Assembly: GCA_046075565.1 (NCBI GenBank)
Contig: JBJTQJ010000112.1
Coordinates: 1-64,000 of the forward strand
DNA: 64,000 nucleotides
Direction of reading: 5' to 3'
Source of the DNA: Verrucomicrobiales bacterium
GTDB taxonomy: Bacteria > Verrucomicrobiota > Verrucomicrobiia > Verrucomicrobiales > SLCJ01
In this document: piece by piece, positions 20,182-32,432 of the stretch
Layout of the letters: every line of letters begins with the position of its first letter
How positions within the stretch are numbered: the first letter of the stretch is position 1
Translations under genes and position numbers: made by a program
Notes under the pieces: model-generated
Databases searched by the model: none
Told to the model about the DNA's origin: nothing
What the model saw: only the letters and a program-made list of their open reading frames with translations

Positions 20182-21735
20182 TCACAGTTCCGTCCCGTGA
20201 TAGTCGAGACAACGGAAGACAGTCAGCCGGTGGGCCGGGCGGCCGAGGCGTTGCACTTCGACAAGCCCGATCGCCTGCACATGGGCGAAGGCCTGCCGGA
20301 CTTCCTCGGGCACGCCGTCGCTCTCATCCGAGTCATCCATATAAAGGGCGTCGCGTCCGATAAAGGGCGACACGGGATTGGCATCGGCTGACCTTTGATC
20401 GTAACGCGGGAAAAAACTGAACTGGTTCCGGATGGCCGGGCTTTCCCCGATGAAAGCGAGTGGAAACTCGGGCGTCGGTCGGAAGACGCCGGCATCATCG
20501 GGCAGATAGTGATGCAGCATGGCCGCGAGTTGGTAACGCTGGGTGATGATGAATGGTTCTCTTCCCGTGGCGATGGTGTGTTCGCGGGTGAATCCGGCAG
20601 CGGCTTGAGCGAGTTCAACCCCGCCGCGCAAACGGACGAGCGGATCCCTCGAATACGGCAGTGGCAATCCGGCGCGGCGCAATAGATCCAAGTTCAAGGA
20701 CAACACACAGACGAGAATGGCCAGACCGAGGGTGGCAAAACGGATGCCAGCGCGTGCGCCTCCACGCAAAGGCGTGCGGTGGAAGGCATGAACCGTCAGG
20801 ATCCCCAGGCCGACGAATCCGGGTGCGGTCCAGTTGGGTTCGCCGGTTTCCTTGAGGCTGAGGAAAAAGTAAAAGAGCACAACCGGGGCGGAGAACGATG
20901 TCAAGAAGGCCACGCGCTGATCAGCGGCATGACGTCGCAACCCCCACACCATTCCCCACAACAAGCCGATGAAAAGCAGCGGCGAATAAACCCCGGCGTG
21001 CAAACCGAGGTAACCTAACAATGGCATGATGCTATATCCGGTCGATTCTCCGATGCGGCCGCGCTCGAGCAGGTGAACAAGCGTGATCCATCCATGCTGG
21101 GAATTCCAGTAGACCACCGGCAATGTGCAGAGGAGAAATGCGCCTACCAGAAGCCATGGTCCCGGCTTTCTCCAAAGTGGACGCCATCGCGGCACGGTGG
21201 CGATCAGGGTGATTAGGCCGACAAAGAGGAAAGCATTCGTGTATTTGAAAAGAAACCCGATACCGATGGCCAAGCCCGCCGCCACCCAGGACGCCGACCA
21301 CGGCGAGGCTCGGTGCAATGCCGTCCAGATGAACTGCATGGCGAGAACCCAGAAGAAAACACTCGGGGGATCGATGGTCATCACGATCGACCCGGCATTG
21401 AAGATCGGACTGGCATTGAGCACGACCACACTCCATGCCGCGACCGTGCCATCAAAGATGCCGCGGGCGAGCCGGTAGAGCAGGAGACTGGTGCCGAATC
21501 CGAGCAGCGGCGACCAGAAGCGCACCCCGAAGGCATTGTCGCCGAAAATGGCCGTGCTGGACCATATCGCCGAGGCTACACCGGGACCCTTGCTGTAGAA
21601 CGACCAATCCATGTATTTCGTCCACAGATGGTAGTAGGCTTCGTCGGCGCTCAATTCGAGGGTGCCGGCCAGGACAAGCCGGGCGGCGGTCAGGATAAGA
21701 AGGGCGATGAAAAGCGGCCGATGGTGTTGCCACAT
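20182..21735 (-). CDS. ArnT-like GT-C glycosyltransferase (GT39/GT83-like)
   Basis: DEAYY, YSKGP, FGVR, KYT, PNW; multi-TM. Confidence 0.85.
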   Translation of the reverse strand: MWQHHRPLFIALLILTAARLVLAGTLELSADEAYYHLWTKYMDWSFYSKGPGVASAIWSSTAIFGDNAFGVRFWSPLLGFGTSLLLYRLARGIFDGTVAAWSVVVLNASPIFNAGSIVMTIDPPSVFFWVLAMQFIWTALHRASPWSASWVAAGLAIGIGFLFKYTNAFLFVGLITLIATVPRWRPLWRKPGPWLLVGAFLLCTLPVVYWNSQHGWITLVHLLERGRIGESTGYSIMPLLGYLGLHAGVYSPLLFIGLLWGMVWGLRRHAADQRVAFLTSFSAPVVLFYFFLSLKETGEPNWTAPGFVGLGILTVHAFHRTPLRGGARAGIRFATLGLAILVCVLSLNLDLLRRAGLPLPYSRDPLVRLRGGVELAQAAAGFTREHTIATGREPFIITQRYQLAAMLHHYLPDDAGVFRPTPEFPLAFIGESPAIRNQFSFFPRYDQRSADANPVSPFIGRDALYMDDSDESDGVPEEVRQAFAHVQAIGLVEVQRLGRPAHRLTVFRCLDYHGTEL

Positions 21736-21845
21736 GGATTTTCCGGGAACGTGCGATTGAGAATTGAAGGATCCGGGGGCATGGTGCGTCCATCCCACAG
21801 ACGACCGGTTGCCCGGACGCCCGCACCTTTACACCCGGAACCCCC

Positions 21846-22580
21846 ATGATGCCACCCCGACTTCCCCGATTCCGAGCCCTCGGCTTGCTCGCCAGCGGAC
21901 TGCTGGTTTGCCTTGCTCCTTTGGCCGCCCAGAATGCCCAACCCGAGGCTTCGGAAATCTTGCGCCAGGCCAGATTCACCGCCGCGTTGCAAGAGGGGGA
22001 CTTGGAAGGGGAGTTGGCCGCGGAAAAAACCAAAATCCCTTTCCGCATGACCATGGCGGACCAGAAGATCCATTTCTCCTTCACCAATCCGGAGCAACGC
22101 ATCACGCTCCATCTGGGGGATGATCGGTTTCTCTTCACCGAGACCCTGGCCGATGGAAAAGAAAAACCCGTGCCCGCCACCCGGCACGCCGAGAATCTGC
22201 GCGGCACCGACATCACCTATGAGGACCTTGCCTTGCGTTTCCTCTTCTGGAAAGACGCGACCATCCTCGAGGTAGTGGAATTCAAAGGAAGGAAGGCATG
22301 GAAGATCCGCATCAACAATCCGGGAGCACCGGGACCGTATTCGGTGGTCTACGCGTGGATCGATCAGGAGAGCGCCGCCCTCCTGCGGGTGCAGGGCTAC
22401 AACCAGAAAGGCGAATGCGTGAAACAATTCGAAGTGCTCTCCGGCATGAAAGTCGAAAATGGCTGGATGCTCAAGGAAATGCGCGTCGAAACCATGGTTG
22501 GTAACCCCGGAAAGGTGGCCAGCCGCACCTACCTGCGCCTGGACAAACCGAAGAAGGCTGGTCGCAAACCGGATTGGTGA
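21846..22580 (+). CDS. outer membrane lipoprotein-sorting protein (LolA-like)
   Basis: Signal peptide; GTDITYEDL; YSVVYAWID. Confidence 0.75.
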   Translation: MMPPRLPRFRALGLLASGLLVCLAPLAAQNAQPEASEILRQARFTAALQEGDLEGELAAEKTKIPFRMTMADQKIHFSFTNPEQRITLHLGDDRFLFTETLADGKEKPVPATRHAENLRGTDITYEDLALRFLFWKDATILEVVEFKGRKAWKIRINNPGAPGPYSVVYAWIDQESAALLRVQGYNQKGECVKQFEVLSGMKVENGWMLKEMRVETMVGNPGKVASRTYLRLDKPKKAGRKPDW

Positions 22581-22670
22581 GAAGAGTGTCGCCAGAAAAC
22601 AGAGGACGAGTGTTCTCGCCCAATTCTAGTTTTCAAGCTGTGAAGCAACGGGGATGATTTCCAACATGGC

Positions 22671-25600
22671 TCAACGGAGGGTGATGTGGGCATCGAGGTT
22701 GGTCAAGGCTTGGGCAAGGACGGTGAAAGTGGCGGACTCGACAGGATCGAGCGCGGGATTGGCGGGAGATTCGCCGGTCTTGAGCAGGGCGGCGGCATTT
22801 TGTGGGTTGCCTTTGAAGATCTCGCGTTGTTCGCTGACAAGATCGACTAGCAGGTCGCGTTGCTCAGCATTTGGAGTAGTGCCGATGACTTCCCGCCATG
22901 CCCAGGCGACGCGGCTCTCGTCGTTTGGTCCCCCCGAGGCAAGGATGCGCTCCCCGAGTTTGCGGGCTGCTTCCACGAATTGCACATCATTGAGCAGGAC
23001 AAGCGCTTGCAGAGGGGTATTGGTGACCATGCGGTTGGTGGTGCAGACATCGCGGGCGCTGGCATCGAAGGCGATCATGTTCGGTGGCGTCGTGGTGCGT
23101 CGCCAGAATGTGTAGAGTGAGCGGCGGTAAAGGCCTTCTCCTTTGTCCGCTTGGTATTCCGGAAGGAAATTATTGAGGGTTTTCCACATCGAACCTTCGG
23201 GCTGATAGGGTTTGGCAGGTGGTCCGCCAATGGTCGGCGAGAGCAGGCCGGAGAGGGAGAGGGCGGAGTCGCGGAGTTGTTCGGCGCTGAGGCGACGTGC
23301 GGGGCCGCGGGCGAGAAGCGAGTTGTCGGGATCGCGCTCGCGGAGAGCGGGCGAAGCGACTGAGTCCTGGCCATAGGTGGCGGAGAGGACGATTTGTTTG
23401 ATCATGCGTTTCTGATCCCAGCCGCTCTGGATTAAGTCGCGTGCCAACCAGTCCAATAGATCAGGATGCGATGGACGCGCTCCCTGCAATCCGAAATTGT
23501 CGGAAGTCACCACCAGTCCGCGCCCGAAAAATTCCTGCCACAGCCGGTTCACCGTGACTCGGGCGGTGAGCGGATGATCCGGTGAGACGAGCCATTTGGC
23601 AAAGCCTAGTCGGTTGCGCGGTTGATCTTCCGGAAAGGGCGGGAGCCAATCGGGGGTCTCACGTCCAACTTCAGTGGTCGGCGCGGTATAATCGCCGCGC
23701 GCGAGGATGTAGGCAGGAACCGGTGACTCCGTCTCGCGCATGGTGACAATTTCTTGCACGCCTTTTTCCGTGTCGCGGCAGGTGGCGCGGGCGGTCGATA
23801 GATTCGCCATCAGTTTGCGCGATTCCGGATCAACAGCGGAAAAGTAGTATTCGCGAAGTTGCTCCTGAGTTGCTTCCATTTCCGACAGTGGTTTGCCTGC
23901 ATGAATGGCGGCGGCCTCCAACGCGGAAATGGCACGCAGGTGAACATGGACTTCGTCGATCATCCCGCCCCGTAGTCCTTTGTCGCGGCCGCGAGCGGTG
24001 AAGTTCAGGCTATTGCCGATGTGATAGTCTCGAGTAAGATTGTCGCGCAGTGTCTTGGTGGGCACAGCTTTGCCATTGATGAAGATCCGGAGGCCAGCTG
24101 CCTTGCGCGATCCATCATTGGTGACAGTCACATGGGTCCATGCGCCTGTAGGAATTGTCTCGGCACTTTCGATGGATGCCGCACAACCAGGGGACTCGCG
24201 GGCGAGTGTCCAGACCAGCTTTCCTTTTTCCAGGAGGAGTTCGTAGCCGGAGAACGGTGTGTCGAACGATGAGGTATTGGCGAACACGACGGCACGCGGG
24301 TAGTCCTCGCCCGGTTTGAGCCAGAGCGAAATGGAGAGCGGTTGGTCGGAGTGGTTGACGTCGAAGTCGGGTAGCGCGGTGAGGTTGTCGCCGTCCGCGA
24401 GGATGGCATTGCCATTTTTTCCAGGAACCAAGCGGTTGCCTCCCGACTTGGCCGGCTTTTTCGGGTCAGCCTCGTTTTTCAAGGAAGCGCCTGTGCTTTC
24501 GTTGAAGAGGAAGGTTCCGACCAGATCCGGAGCAGGAAAGGTCTTGGAAGATGTCAGCCAGGTTTGGAACAAGAGTTCGGAGTTCTGAAGATAGGTGGCT
24601 AGGGCGGTCTCGGCGGATCGGATCGCTTCCTGATGAAGCGTGAGCAGGTTTTCCTGTTCCGGGGTCGGAAGAAGGAGCGCTGGTTGGGGCAAAACCGTGC
24701 CTCTGGACGAACCACCTTGGATGAGCCCGAACTCGTCGATGCTGTTGAAAAACGCCCCCATGGCGTAGTAGTCCCTCATCGAGATGGGATCATATTTGTG
24801 GTCGTGGCACCGGGAGCACTCCATGGTCAGTCCCATGAAGGCGGTGCCGATGGTATGCACGCGGTCGGAGATTCCTTCCTGACGGAACTCCTCCGGCACC
24901 GAGCCGCCCTCGTTGGTTTTGCGATGGATGCGGTTGAAGGCGGTGGCCAGTTTTTGATCCCGCGTCGGGTTCTCCAGCAAATCTCCGGCGATTTGCTCGA
25001 TGATGAATTGGTCGAGGGAGATATTGTTGTTGAAGGAGCGAATGACCCAGTCGCGATAGGGCCATGCCCTCATATCGATATCAGCTTGGTAACCGAAGGA
25101 GTCGGCGTAACGCGCGACATCGAGCCAAGCCGTCGCCCTTTGTTCACCGAAGCGGGGGGAAGCCAACAGTTTGTCCACTGCTCGCTCTCGGGCCTGTGGT
25201 GAAGTGTCAGCGAGAAAAGCATCGAGGTCCTCGCGGGTTGGGGGCAGGCCGGTCAAGTCATAGGTGACGCGGCGCAACCAACGCTCCGGGGAAGCGGGCG
25301 AGGAGGGGGAGAGGCCTTCTTTTTCGTGCCGCGCGAGGACAAACGAATCAATGGCATTCCTGGGCCACTCGCGGTTTTTCGTTTCCGGAACCGGCACCGT
25401 AGGAGGCGGGGCATCGAAGGCCCAGTGGCGTTCGTATTTCGCGCCAGCGGCGATCCAACGTTCCAGGATCTTGATTTGGTCCTTGGTCAGAGCCTTGTGG
25501 GCCTTCGGTGGCGGCATTACCAGTCCCGGATCTTGCGAGAGAACTCGCTGCAGGACCGCGCTTGCCTGCGGGTCGCCAGGGACAATCGCCGGTTTGCCAT

Positions 25601-25838
25601 TTGAACGTGGCGCAGTGGCCGCTGTGAACTCATCCAAACGCAACGGCTCGTCCTTGGGGAACCTTGTTCCATGGTCGAAGCCGTGGCATTCGTAGCAGTG
25701 TCCGGATAAGATCGGCAGGACATCGTTGCGAAAGGAGGGAGGAGCATCGGCAGATTTGGCAATACCAGCACACGCCCCAACCGCGCAGAACAGCGCTAGC
25801 CAAGTTTGTCCAAGAGGGGTGGAGCGGGGGAGGGGCAT
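22671..25838 (-). CDS. planctomycete cytochrome c / DUF1549 / LamG / DUF1553 protein (copy A)
   Basis: [49 protein letters not shown]. Confidence 0.9.
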   Translation of the reverse strand: MPLPRSTPLGQTWLALFCAVGACAGIAKSADAPPSFRNDVLPILSGHCYECHGFDHGTRFPKDEPLRLDEFTAATAPRSNGKPAIVPGDPQASAVLQRVLSQDPGLVMPPPKAHKALTKDQIKILERWIAAGAKYERHWAFDAPPPTVPVPETKNREWPRNAIDSFVLARHEKEGLSPSSPASPERWLRRVTYDLTGLPPTREDLDAFLADTSPQARERAVDKLLASPRFGEQRATAWLDVARYADSFGYQADIDMRAWPYRDWVIRSFNNNISLDQFIIEQIAGDLLENPTRDQKLATAFNRIHRKTNEGGSVPEEFRQEGISDRVHTIGTAFMGLTMECSRCHDHKYDPISMRDYYAMGAFFNSIDEFGLIQGGSSRGTVLPQPALLLPTPEQENLLTLHQEAIRSAETALATYLQNSELLFQTWLTSSKTFPAPDLVGTFLFNESTGASLKNEADPKKPAKSGGNRLVPGKNGNAILADGDNLTALPDFDVNHSDQPLSISLWLKPGEDYPRAVVFANTSSFDTPFSGYELLLEKGKLVWTLARESPGCAASIESAETIPTGAWTHVTVTNDGSRKAAGLRIFINGKAVPTKTLRDNLTRDYHIGNSLNFTARGRDKGLRGGMIDEVHVHLRAISALEAAAIHAGKPLSEMEATQEQLREYYFSAVDPESRKLMANLSTARATCRDTEKGVQEIVTMRETESPVPAYILARGDYTAPTTEVGRETPDWLPPFPEDQPRNRLGFAKWLVSPDHPLTARVTVNRLWQEFFGRGLVVTSDNFGLQGARPSHPDLLDWLARDLIQSGWDQKRMIKQIVLSATYGQDSVASPALRERDPDNSLLARGPARRLSAEQLRDSALSLSGLLSPTIGGPPAKPYQPEGSMWKTLNNFLPEYQADKGEGLYRRSLYTFWRRTTTPPNMIAFDASARDVCTTNRMVTNTPLQALVLLNDVQFVEAARKLGERILASGGPNDESRVAWAWREVIGTTPNAEQRDLLVDLVSEQREIFKGNPQNAAALLKTGESPANPALDPVESATFTVLAQALTNLDAHITLR

Positions 25839-25879
25839 CGGGACTCAGGAATACCAAGGTCTTTCAGAAAGGAACGTGC

Positions 25880-27343
25880 TCACGCCAGAAGATCCTTGAC
25901 CACATGCCCGTGCACGTCGGTGAGGCGGAAGCGGCGGCCTTGAAACATATGGGTGAGACGGGTGTGATCGATGCCGAGTTGATGGAGCAAAGTGGCGTGG
26001 AAGTCGTGCACATGCACCGCACCGGGTGTGAAATGGTGTTTGCTCGGTTCGATCTTTTGTCCGTCCGGACCGACGATATTGTAACCGTAATCATCGGTGG
26101 CTCCGTAGCTGCTGCCGGCTTTCACTCCTCCGCCGGCCATCCAGGCGGTGAAGCAACGGGGATGGTGGTCGCGTCCGTAATCGGTTTTGGTGAGTTTGCC
26201 TTGGGAATAGGCGGTGCGTCCGAATTCGCCACCCCACACCACCAAGGTGTCGTCGAGCATTCCCCGGCGTTTGAGATCGGTCACGAGGGCGGCACAACCT
26301 TGGTCGGTTTCCTCGCATTGTCTGCGGAGCGCGGCTGGCAGGTTGCCATGTTGATCCCAGCCGGGATGGTAGAGTTGGATGAAACGCACGCCGCGTTCGG
26401 CAAGGCGGCGGGCCAAGAGGCAGTTGGCAGCGAAGGTGCCGGGCTGGCGTGAGTCGGGGCCGTAGAGATCAAAGGTTTCTTTGCTTTCCCCGCTGAGATC
26501 GGTCACCTCGGGCACGCTGGTCTGCATACGGAAGGCCATTTCGTATTGGGAGATGCGGGTTTCGATCTCGGGATCGAGTTCGTTCTGGTAGTCGATCTTG
26601 TTGAGAGCGGAAAGTTTGTCCAAGAGGGCGCGGCGTCCGGTCCGGCAAACCCCATCCGGGTCGGTGAGATAGAAGACCGCGTCCTTGCCCGAGGAGAAAC
26701 GCACGCCCTGGTGACGCGAGTCAAGGAAGCCCGTGCCCCAGAGGCGCGCGTAAAGAGGCTGGTCGGTCGGTTTTTTCGTAACAAGCACGACGAAACCAGG
26801 AAGATTATCATTTTCGGATCCGAGACCGTAGGTGACCCATGATCCGAGTGACGGACGACCGGCAATCTGCGAACCGGTCTGGAAGAAGGTCATGGCGGGA
26901 TCGTGATTGATGGCCTCCGTCCAGAGTGATTTTACAAAACAAAGGTCATCCACGATGCCCGCGCTATGCGGCAATAACTCGCTCACCCAAGCGTCGCTTT
27001 TCCCGTGTCGGGCGAATTTGAATTGGGACCCGGCGAGCGGCAGAATGGCTTGGTTTCCCGACATGCCGGTCAAGCGCTGGCCGCCGCGAATCTCTTCGGG
27101 CAGGGGATCGCCATTGCGTTGGTTGAGCAATGGTTTGTAGTCGAAGAGATCATGTTGCGACGGGCCGCCGGACATGAAGAGATAGATGACCCGTTTCGCT
27201 TTCGGTGCGTGGTGGGCGAGCAAAGGCTCTATGGCCTCCCGGGTGGCTCCCCGCAACGGGCTTGGGAGCAAAGAAGCCAGTGCGGCTCCACCGATGCCGG
27301 TGGAGAGTCTGGAAAGAAAGTGGCGGCGGGTGATTTCCAACAT
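25880..27343 (-). CDS. DUF1501 family protein, Tat-exported
   Basis: TRRHFL; GGPSQHDLFD; WDQH; GEFGRT; GRDHHP; RLTDVHG. Confidence 0.9.
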   Translation of the reverse strand: MLEITRRHFLSRLSTGIGGAALASLLPSPLRGATREAIEPLLAHHAPKAKRVIYLFMSGGPSQHDLFDYKPLLNQRNGDPLPEEIRGGQRLTGMSGNQAILPLAGSQFKFARHGKSDAWVSELLPHSAGIVDDLCFVKSLWTEAINHDPAMTFFQTGSQIAGRPSLGSWVTYGLGSENDNLPGFVVLVTKKPTDQPLYARLWGTGFLDSRHQGVRFSSGKDAVFYLTDPDGVCRTGRRALLDKLSALNKIDYQNELDPEIETRISQYEMAFRMQTSVPEVTDLSGESKETFDLYGPDSRQPGTFAANCLLARRLAERGVRFIQLYHPGWDQHGNLPAALRRQCEETDQGCAALVTDLKRRGMLDDTLVVWGGEFGRTAYSQGKLTKTDYGRDHHPRCFTAWMAGGGVKAGSSYGATDDYGYNIVGPDGQKIEPSKHHFTPGAVHVHDFHATLLHQLGIDHTRLTHMFQGRRFRLTDVHGHVVKDLLA

Positions 27344-27346
27344 GGC

Positions 27347-30300
27347 TTAACGGAGGGTGATGTGGGCATCGAGGTTTGTCAAGGCCTGGGCAAGGACGGT
27401 GAAAGTGGCGGACTCGACAGGATCGGGCGCGGGATTGGCGGGAGATTCGCCGGTCTTGAGTAGGGCGGCGGCATTTTGTGGGTCGCCTTTGAAGATCTCG
27501 CGTTGTTCCCTAACAAGCTCAAGTAGAAGGTCGTGCTGCTCAGCATTCGGAGTGGTGCCGATAACTTCCCGCCATGCCCAGGCGACGCGGCTCTCGTCGT
27601 TCGGTCCCCCGGAAGCAAGTATGCGTTCCCCGAGTTTGCGGGCTGCCTCGACAAATTGCACATCATTGAGCAGGGCAAGCGCCTGGAGAGGGGTATTCGT
27701 GACCGCGCGGCGGGTGGCGCAGACATCGCGGGCACCGGCATCGAAGGCGATCATGTTCGGAGGCGTGGTGGTGCGTCGCCAGAATGTGTAGAGCGAGCGG
27801 CGGTAGAGTCCTTCGCCTTGGTCGGGTTTGTATTCCGGGAGAAAATTATTGAGGGTTTTCCACATCGAGCCTGCGGGCTGATAAGGTTTGACGGGCGGTC
27901 CGCCGATGGTCGGCGAGAGCAGGCCGGAGAGGGAGATGGCGGAGTCGCGGAGTTGTTCGGCGCTGAGGCGACGTGCCGGACCGCGGGCGAGAAGCGAGTT
28001 GTCGGGATCGCGCTCGCGGAGAGCGGGCGAAGCGACTGAGTCCTGGCCATAGGTCGCGGAGAGGACGATTTGTTTGATCATGCGCTTTTGGTCCCAACCG
28101 GAATGGATGAAATCGCGGGCGAGCCAATCGAGAAGTTCGGGGTGGGACGGGCGTGCTCCCTGCAATCCGAAGTTGTCGGAGGTTTCAACCAAGCCACGTC
28201 CGAAGAACTGCTGCCACAGTCGGTTCACCGTGACGCGAGCGGTGAGCGGGTGGTCGGGTGAAGTGAGCCATTTTGCATAGCCAAGCCGATTGCGCGGTTG
28301 ATCCTCGGGGAAAGGGGGAAGCCATGACGGGGTTTCGCGTTCCACGCTGTCGGCAGGCGATGTGTAATCGCCGCGGGCCAGGATATAGGCCGGCACCGGT
28401 TGGGCGGATTCGCGCATGGTTACGATTTCTCGCACGTTGCTTTGCGCATCGCGGTAGGCGGCCCGCGCCGCCGAGAGTTGATTCGAGAGTTCGCGGGTTG
28501 CGGGATCGACGGCCGAAACGAAATAGTCGCGAAGCGCGTTCGCATCGGCATTCATTTCACCGACATGTTTTCCTGCGTGGATGGCAGCGGTTTCTAACGG
28601 AGTGATGGCGCGCTTGTAGACACGGATATCATCGATCATACCGCCCCGCAGACCGGGGTCGCGCGATCGGGCGGTGAATTTCAGGCCGCCCCCTATGGAG
28701 TAGTCTCGAGTCAGAGTATCCGCTGCGATGGTGGTGTCGGCGGTTTTCCCGTTTACGTAAACCTTGAGTCCCGCTGCTTTGCGAGAGCCATCGCTGGTTA
28801 CAGTTACATGAGTCCAGTCGTTGACAGGAATTGTCGCGGTAGTTGTGATGGAGGCCGCGTTGCCGGGAAATTCTCGGGCAAGGGTCCAACTAAGTTTTCC
28901 ATTGAATAGCAGCAATTCATACCCGGAATAAGGCACATCGGCGGACGAGCTATTGGCAAAGATTACCGCACGGGGATAGGCTTCGGCAGGCTTGACCCAG
29001 AGCGAGATCGACATTGGTTGGTCGGCATGGTGGATTCCGAAATCAGGCAGGCGGATCGCATCGTCACCGTTGGCGAGGACACCATTGCCGGATTTGCCCG
29101 GAACAATTTGGTTCGGTCCGGGTTCGGCCTTGGCTTGACCTCCGGCCGGGGGGGTATCGAAATCGAAACGACCCGCGAGATCAATTTCTGGAAACGTGGG
29201 GTTTGAGTTGAGCCATGTTTGGAAAGAGGTTTCGGCGTTGGCGATGCCAGCGTTGAGTTCGCGTTCGCGTTCCTCGATTTTCCCTGCGCTGCTCGTGAGC
29301 TCCGCTTCCTGACTCGGCGATGGCAGTGGGAGAGTCGGTTGTGGCAGGACACCGGTTTGGTAGCCCATGATGCCGAATTCATCGATGCTGTTGAAGAAGG
29401 CGGCCATGGAATAGTAGTCCTTCATCGAGATTGGATCATACTTGTGATCGTGGCAGCGTGAGCACTCCATGGTCAGGGCCATGAAGGCAGTGCCAATGGT
29501 ATGAACGCGATCGGATATCCCATCCTGGCGGAACTCCTCCGGAACCGAGCCACCTTCATTGGTCTTGCGATGGATTCGGTTGAAGGCGGTAGCGAGTTTT
29601 TGTTCGCGCGTGGCATCCGGTAGCAAGTCGCCAGCCAGTTGCTGGATGATAAATTGATCGATGGGAAGATTGTTGTTTAAGGCGCGGATCACCCAGTCGC
29701 GGTAGGGCCACGCTTCGGTCTCAACGTCCGCCTGGTAACCGAACGAATCCGCGTAGCGGGCCACGTCGAGCCAGTGGGTAGCCATGTGTTCGCCATGGCG
29801 TGGGGAGGCCAGCAGTTTGTCCACTGCTCTCTCGCGGCCTTGCGGTGAAGTGTCGGCGAGAAAAGCATCGAGGTCCTCGCGGGTCGGCGGCAGGCCGGTC
29901 AAATCATAGCTGACGCGGCGGAACCAACGCTCCGGTGATGCGGGCGACGAGGGTGTGAGGCCTTCTTTTTCATGCCGGGCGAGGACAAACGAATCGATGG
30001 CATTCTGAGACCATTCACGGTTTTTCGTTTCTGGAACCGGGACGGTCGCAGGAGGTGCATCAAAAGCCCAGTGTCGCTCATATTTCGCACCGGCAGCGAT
30101 CCAACGTTCCAGGGTTTTGATTTGGTCCTTGCTCAGTGATTTGTGGGCCTTGGGTGGCGGCATCACCAGTCCCGGATCTTGTGAGAGAACCCGCTGTATG
30201 ATCGCACTGGCCTGCGGGTCTTCAGGGACAATCGCCGGTTTGCCGTTCGAGCGTGTTGCGGTTGCCGCAGCAAAGTCATCCAAACGCAACGGCTCGTCCT

Positions 30301-30484
30301 TGGGGAACCTTGTTCCAGGGTCGAATCCGTGGCATTCGTAGCAATGGCCGGAAAGGATCGGCAGGACATCGTTGCGGAAGGAGGGTGGTGCATCGGCAGA
30401 CCTGGCAATCCCAGTGCACGCCCCGACCGCGCAGAACAGCGCTAGCCAAGTTTGTCCATAAGGATTGGAGCGGGGGAGGGGCAT
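27347..30484 (-). CDS. planctomycete cytochrome c / DUF1549 / LamG / DUF1553 protein (copy B)
   Basis: Same motifs as copy A; start set at MPLPRS by comparison with copy A. Confidence 0.9.
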   Translation of the reverse strand: MPLPRSNPYGQTWLALFCAVGACTGIARSADAPPSFRNDVLPILSGHCYECHGFDPGTRFPKDEPLRLDDFAAATATRSNGKPAIVPEDPQASAIIQRVLSQDPGLVMPPPKAHKSLSKDQIKTLERWIAAGAKYERHWAFDAPPATVPVPETKNREWSQNAIDSFVLARHEKEGLTPSSPASPERWFRRVSYDLTGLPPTREDLDAFLADTSPQGRERAVDKLLASPRHGEHMATHWLDVARYADSFGYQADVETEAWPYRDWVIRALNNNLPIDQFIIQQLAGDLLPDATREQKLATAFNRIHRKTNEGGSVPEEFRQDGISDRVHTIGTAFMALTMECSRCHDHKYDPISMKDYYSMAAFFNSIDEFGIMGYQTGVLPQPTLPLPSPSQEAELTSSAGKIEERERELNAGIANAETSFQTWLNSNPTFPEIDLAGRFDFDTPPAGGQAKAEPGPNQIVPGKSGNGVLANGDDAIRLPDFGIHHADQPMSISLWVKPAEAYPRAVIFANSSSADVPYSGYELLLFNGKLSWTLAREFPGNAASITTTATIPVNDWTHVTVTSDGSRKAAGLKVYVNGKTADTTIAADTLTRDYSIGGGLKFTARSRDPGLRGGMIDDIRVYKRAITPLETAAIHAGKHVGEMNADANALRDYFVSAVDPATRELSNQLSAARAAYRDAQSNVREIVTMRESAQPVPAYILARGDYTSPADSVERETPSWLPPFPEDQPRNRLGYAKWLTSPDHPLTARVTVNRLWQQFFGRGLVETSDNFGLQGARPSHPELLDWLARDFIHSGWDQKRMIKQIVLSATYGQDSVASPALRERDPDNSLLARGPARRLSAEQLRDSAISLSGLLSPTIGGPPVKPYQPAGSMWKTLNNFLPEYKPDQGEGLYRRSLYTFWRRTTTPPNMIAFDAGARDVCATRRAVTNTPLQALALLNDVQFVEAARKLGERILASGGPNDESRVAWAWREVIGTTPNAEQHDLLLELVREQREIFKGDPQNAAALLKTGESPANPAPDPVESATFTVLAQALTNLDAHITLR

Positions 30485-30655
30485 CGGGACTTGCCCATTA
30501 CGACAGGAACACCACGGTCTTTCAAGGGTAAATGCGCCGGCAACCTGAACAACGGAATCCTCGCGGCGCAAAGGAGCGAGCAGAGTCGCCTGCCCGTCAC
30601 CGGAAGCGATGCCGTTGTGGAAGATGGCGCTTGGCGGGAGAAAGACTCCGCGATT

Positions 30656-31588
30656 TCAGCCCCGCAACCGCTCCGCCATGGCGTCGAGTTCAGTGGTGGT
30701 GCCTGCGCTGAGCACTTCCGCCTCGGGAGCGATGCGCTTCACCATGCCCGCGAGGGCTTTGTCGGGACCGAGTTCGAGGAAAAGTTTGGGTCCGCGCGCG
30801 ATGATGCCGGCGATGCTTTCCGCCCAACGCACCGAGCCGGTCACTTGTTTGAGCAGAACCCCGCGGATTTCCTCCGGCGACGAAACCGCTTGGGCTGCAA
30901 AGTTGCTCCAGACCGGGACCGGAGGTGATTGGATGGGCAGCCGGGAGAGGGCCTCGGCGAGTCCATCCTGCGCCGATTGCATGAGCCGGGAATGATAAGC
31001 TCCGGCGACGGGCAATTTTTTCGCCATTTTGACGCCGATTTCCTTGGCTCTGGCCACCGCCTGATCCACGCCGGCTTCGGCACCGCTGAGCACGATTTGG
31101 CCGGGGGCATTGAGGTTGGCTACATCGATGTCGCACTCGGTGGCGAGCTGGCGGATGGCGGATTCCTCGCCTCCAATCATCACAACCATGGCGCCTTTGT
31201 TGGCCACGCAAGCTTCATCCATCAATTCGCCGCGACGAGCGACAATTTTCAAGCCATCCGCGAAAGGAAAGGTGCCGACGGCGGCATGCGCGGTGAACTC
31301 GCCAAGGCTTAGCCCGGCGGCGGCGACCACCTCGAGATTCGGCACACGGGCGCGGAGTGACTGCAGGAGCATGAGGCCATGCACGTAGAGCGCGGGCTGG
31401 CAGCAGCCGGTGCGGGTCAATTCTTCCATCGGCCCTTTAAGCATGATTTTGTCCAGCGGCCAGCCGAGGGCGGCGGCGGCTTCCCCCAACATGGACTTGG
31501 CGGCGGGGTCATTGGCGACAAGATCCGCACCCATGCCGACCCGCTGGGCACCTTGTCCTGAAAATAACAATACAACCGGTGTGCTCAT
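30656..31588 (-). CDS. fabD: malonyl-CoA:ACP transacylase
   Basis: FSGQGAQ, QPAL, GLSLGE, AGAYHS, VRW. Confidence 0.92.
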   Translation of the reverse strand: MSTPVVLLFSGQGAQRVGMGADLVANDPAAKSMLGEAAAALGWPLDKIMLKGPMEELTRTGCCQPALYVHGLMLLQSLRARVPNLEVVAAAGLSLGEFTAHAAVGTFPFADGLKIVARRGELMDEACVANKGAMVVMIGGEESAIRQLATECDIDVANLNAPGQIVLSGAEAGVDQAVARAKEIGVKMAKKLPVAGAYHSRLMQSAQDGLAEALSRLPIQSPPVPVWSNFAAQAVSSPEEIRGVLLKQVTGSVRWAESIAGIIARGPKLFLELGPDKALAGMVKRIAPEAEVLSAGTTTELDAMAERLRG

Positions 31589-31640
31589 GATCGTCTCCAT
31601 ACCCGAGACTTCGCCACCGCGCAACCGGGGATTGGGGGAT

Positions 31641-32420
31641 TCACACCCTTTCCAACCTTTCCGGCTGGAATGTAACCACATCGACACCGGGGCTAAAATG
31701 GAAGAGCGGCGGGGTGTCGAGCGTGACGATCCCGGCGCGTTCAAGCAAGTCGTAGCGTTCGATCTGGAAGTCGGCCGATTGGAGCGGCCATTTTTCGTGG
31801 TGGACCTCCAACCGGCGGAGAGTTCGACCCCTGACCGCGTAAAGGCAGTATCGTTCCGTCAGCCATTCCTCAAGCGATCCGCGACCGGAGAAGAAGATGG
31901 GGCCGCGGCACTGGAAACGCGCCCGGAAGGCCGTTCCATCACACCGGCGATGGGATTGGAAAACCATGCCATCATCTTCCTCTTTCCGGATCATGGCAGC
32001 GCGAAAATAGGGGATGCCGTGAAAATAACGGGCTCCGAGAACAATCGGCAGGCAGTCGGCATCGAGGCTGAAAAACCAAACACCTGCCTTGCCATCGGCA
32101 TGCACATAGGTGCGGAGATTCAGTTCGGGAAAGTGATTCAGGGGAGGAATGGATGGGAGGTTGCGCCACATCAGATCGGCCATGGTGAAGGGAACAACCG
32201 ACACCCAGGCCGTCCCGTCGAACGTGTCGATCTCCAGTTCCGGTGGGATCAGCGGTCGGAGGACTCCGGCGGCGACGCGGTAATGGATGAATCCAAGATC
32301 AAGCCAGCGCTGACGCCATTGCCAGGAGCCGGAAGGCAATGGCCATGGCCGATGGTCGAGATGGCGAAGCGAGCTGTGACCAGTGGTTTGCCCGACAGGA
32401 GTTTGCTGGCCTTCTTGCAT
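31641..32420 (-). CDS. DUF2071/YqjF family protein
   Basis: WRQRWLDL, FPELNLRTYV, GVWFFSLD, WLTERY. Confidence 0.85.
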   Translation of the reverse strand: MQEGQQTPVGQTTGHSSLRHLDHRPWPLPSGSWQWRQRWLDLGFIHYRVAAGVLRPLIPPELEIDTFDGTAWVSVVPFTMADLMWRNLPSIPPLNHFPELNLRTYVHADGKAGVWFFSLDADCLPIVLGARYFHGIPYFRAAMIRKEEDDGMVFQSHRRCDGTAFRARFQCRGPIFFSGRGSLEEWLTERYCLYAVRGRTLRRLEVHHEKWPLQSADFQIERYDLLERAGIVTLDTPPLFHFSPGVDVVTFQPERLERV

Positions 32421-32432
32421 TGCGCTGGGTGG

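Noticed and set aside
22671-30484. Diversity-generating retroelement TR/VR pair
   Set aside because: Both copies are full genes, the differences are not adenine-specific, and no reverse transcriptase is present.
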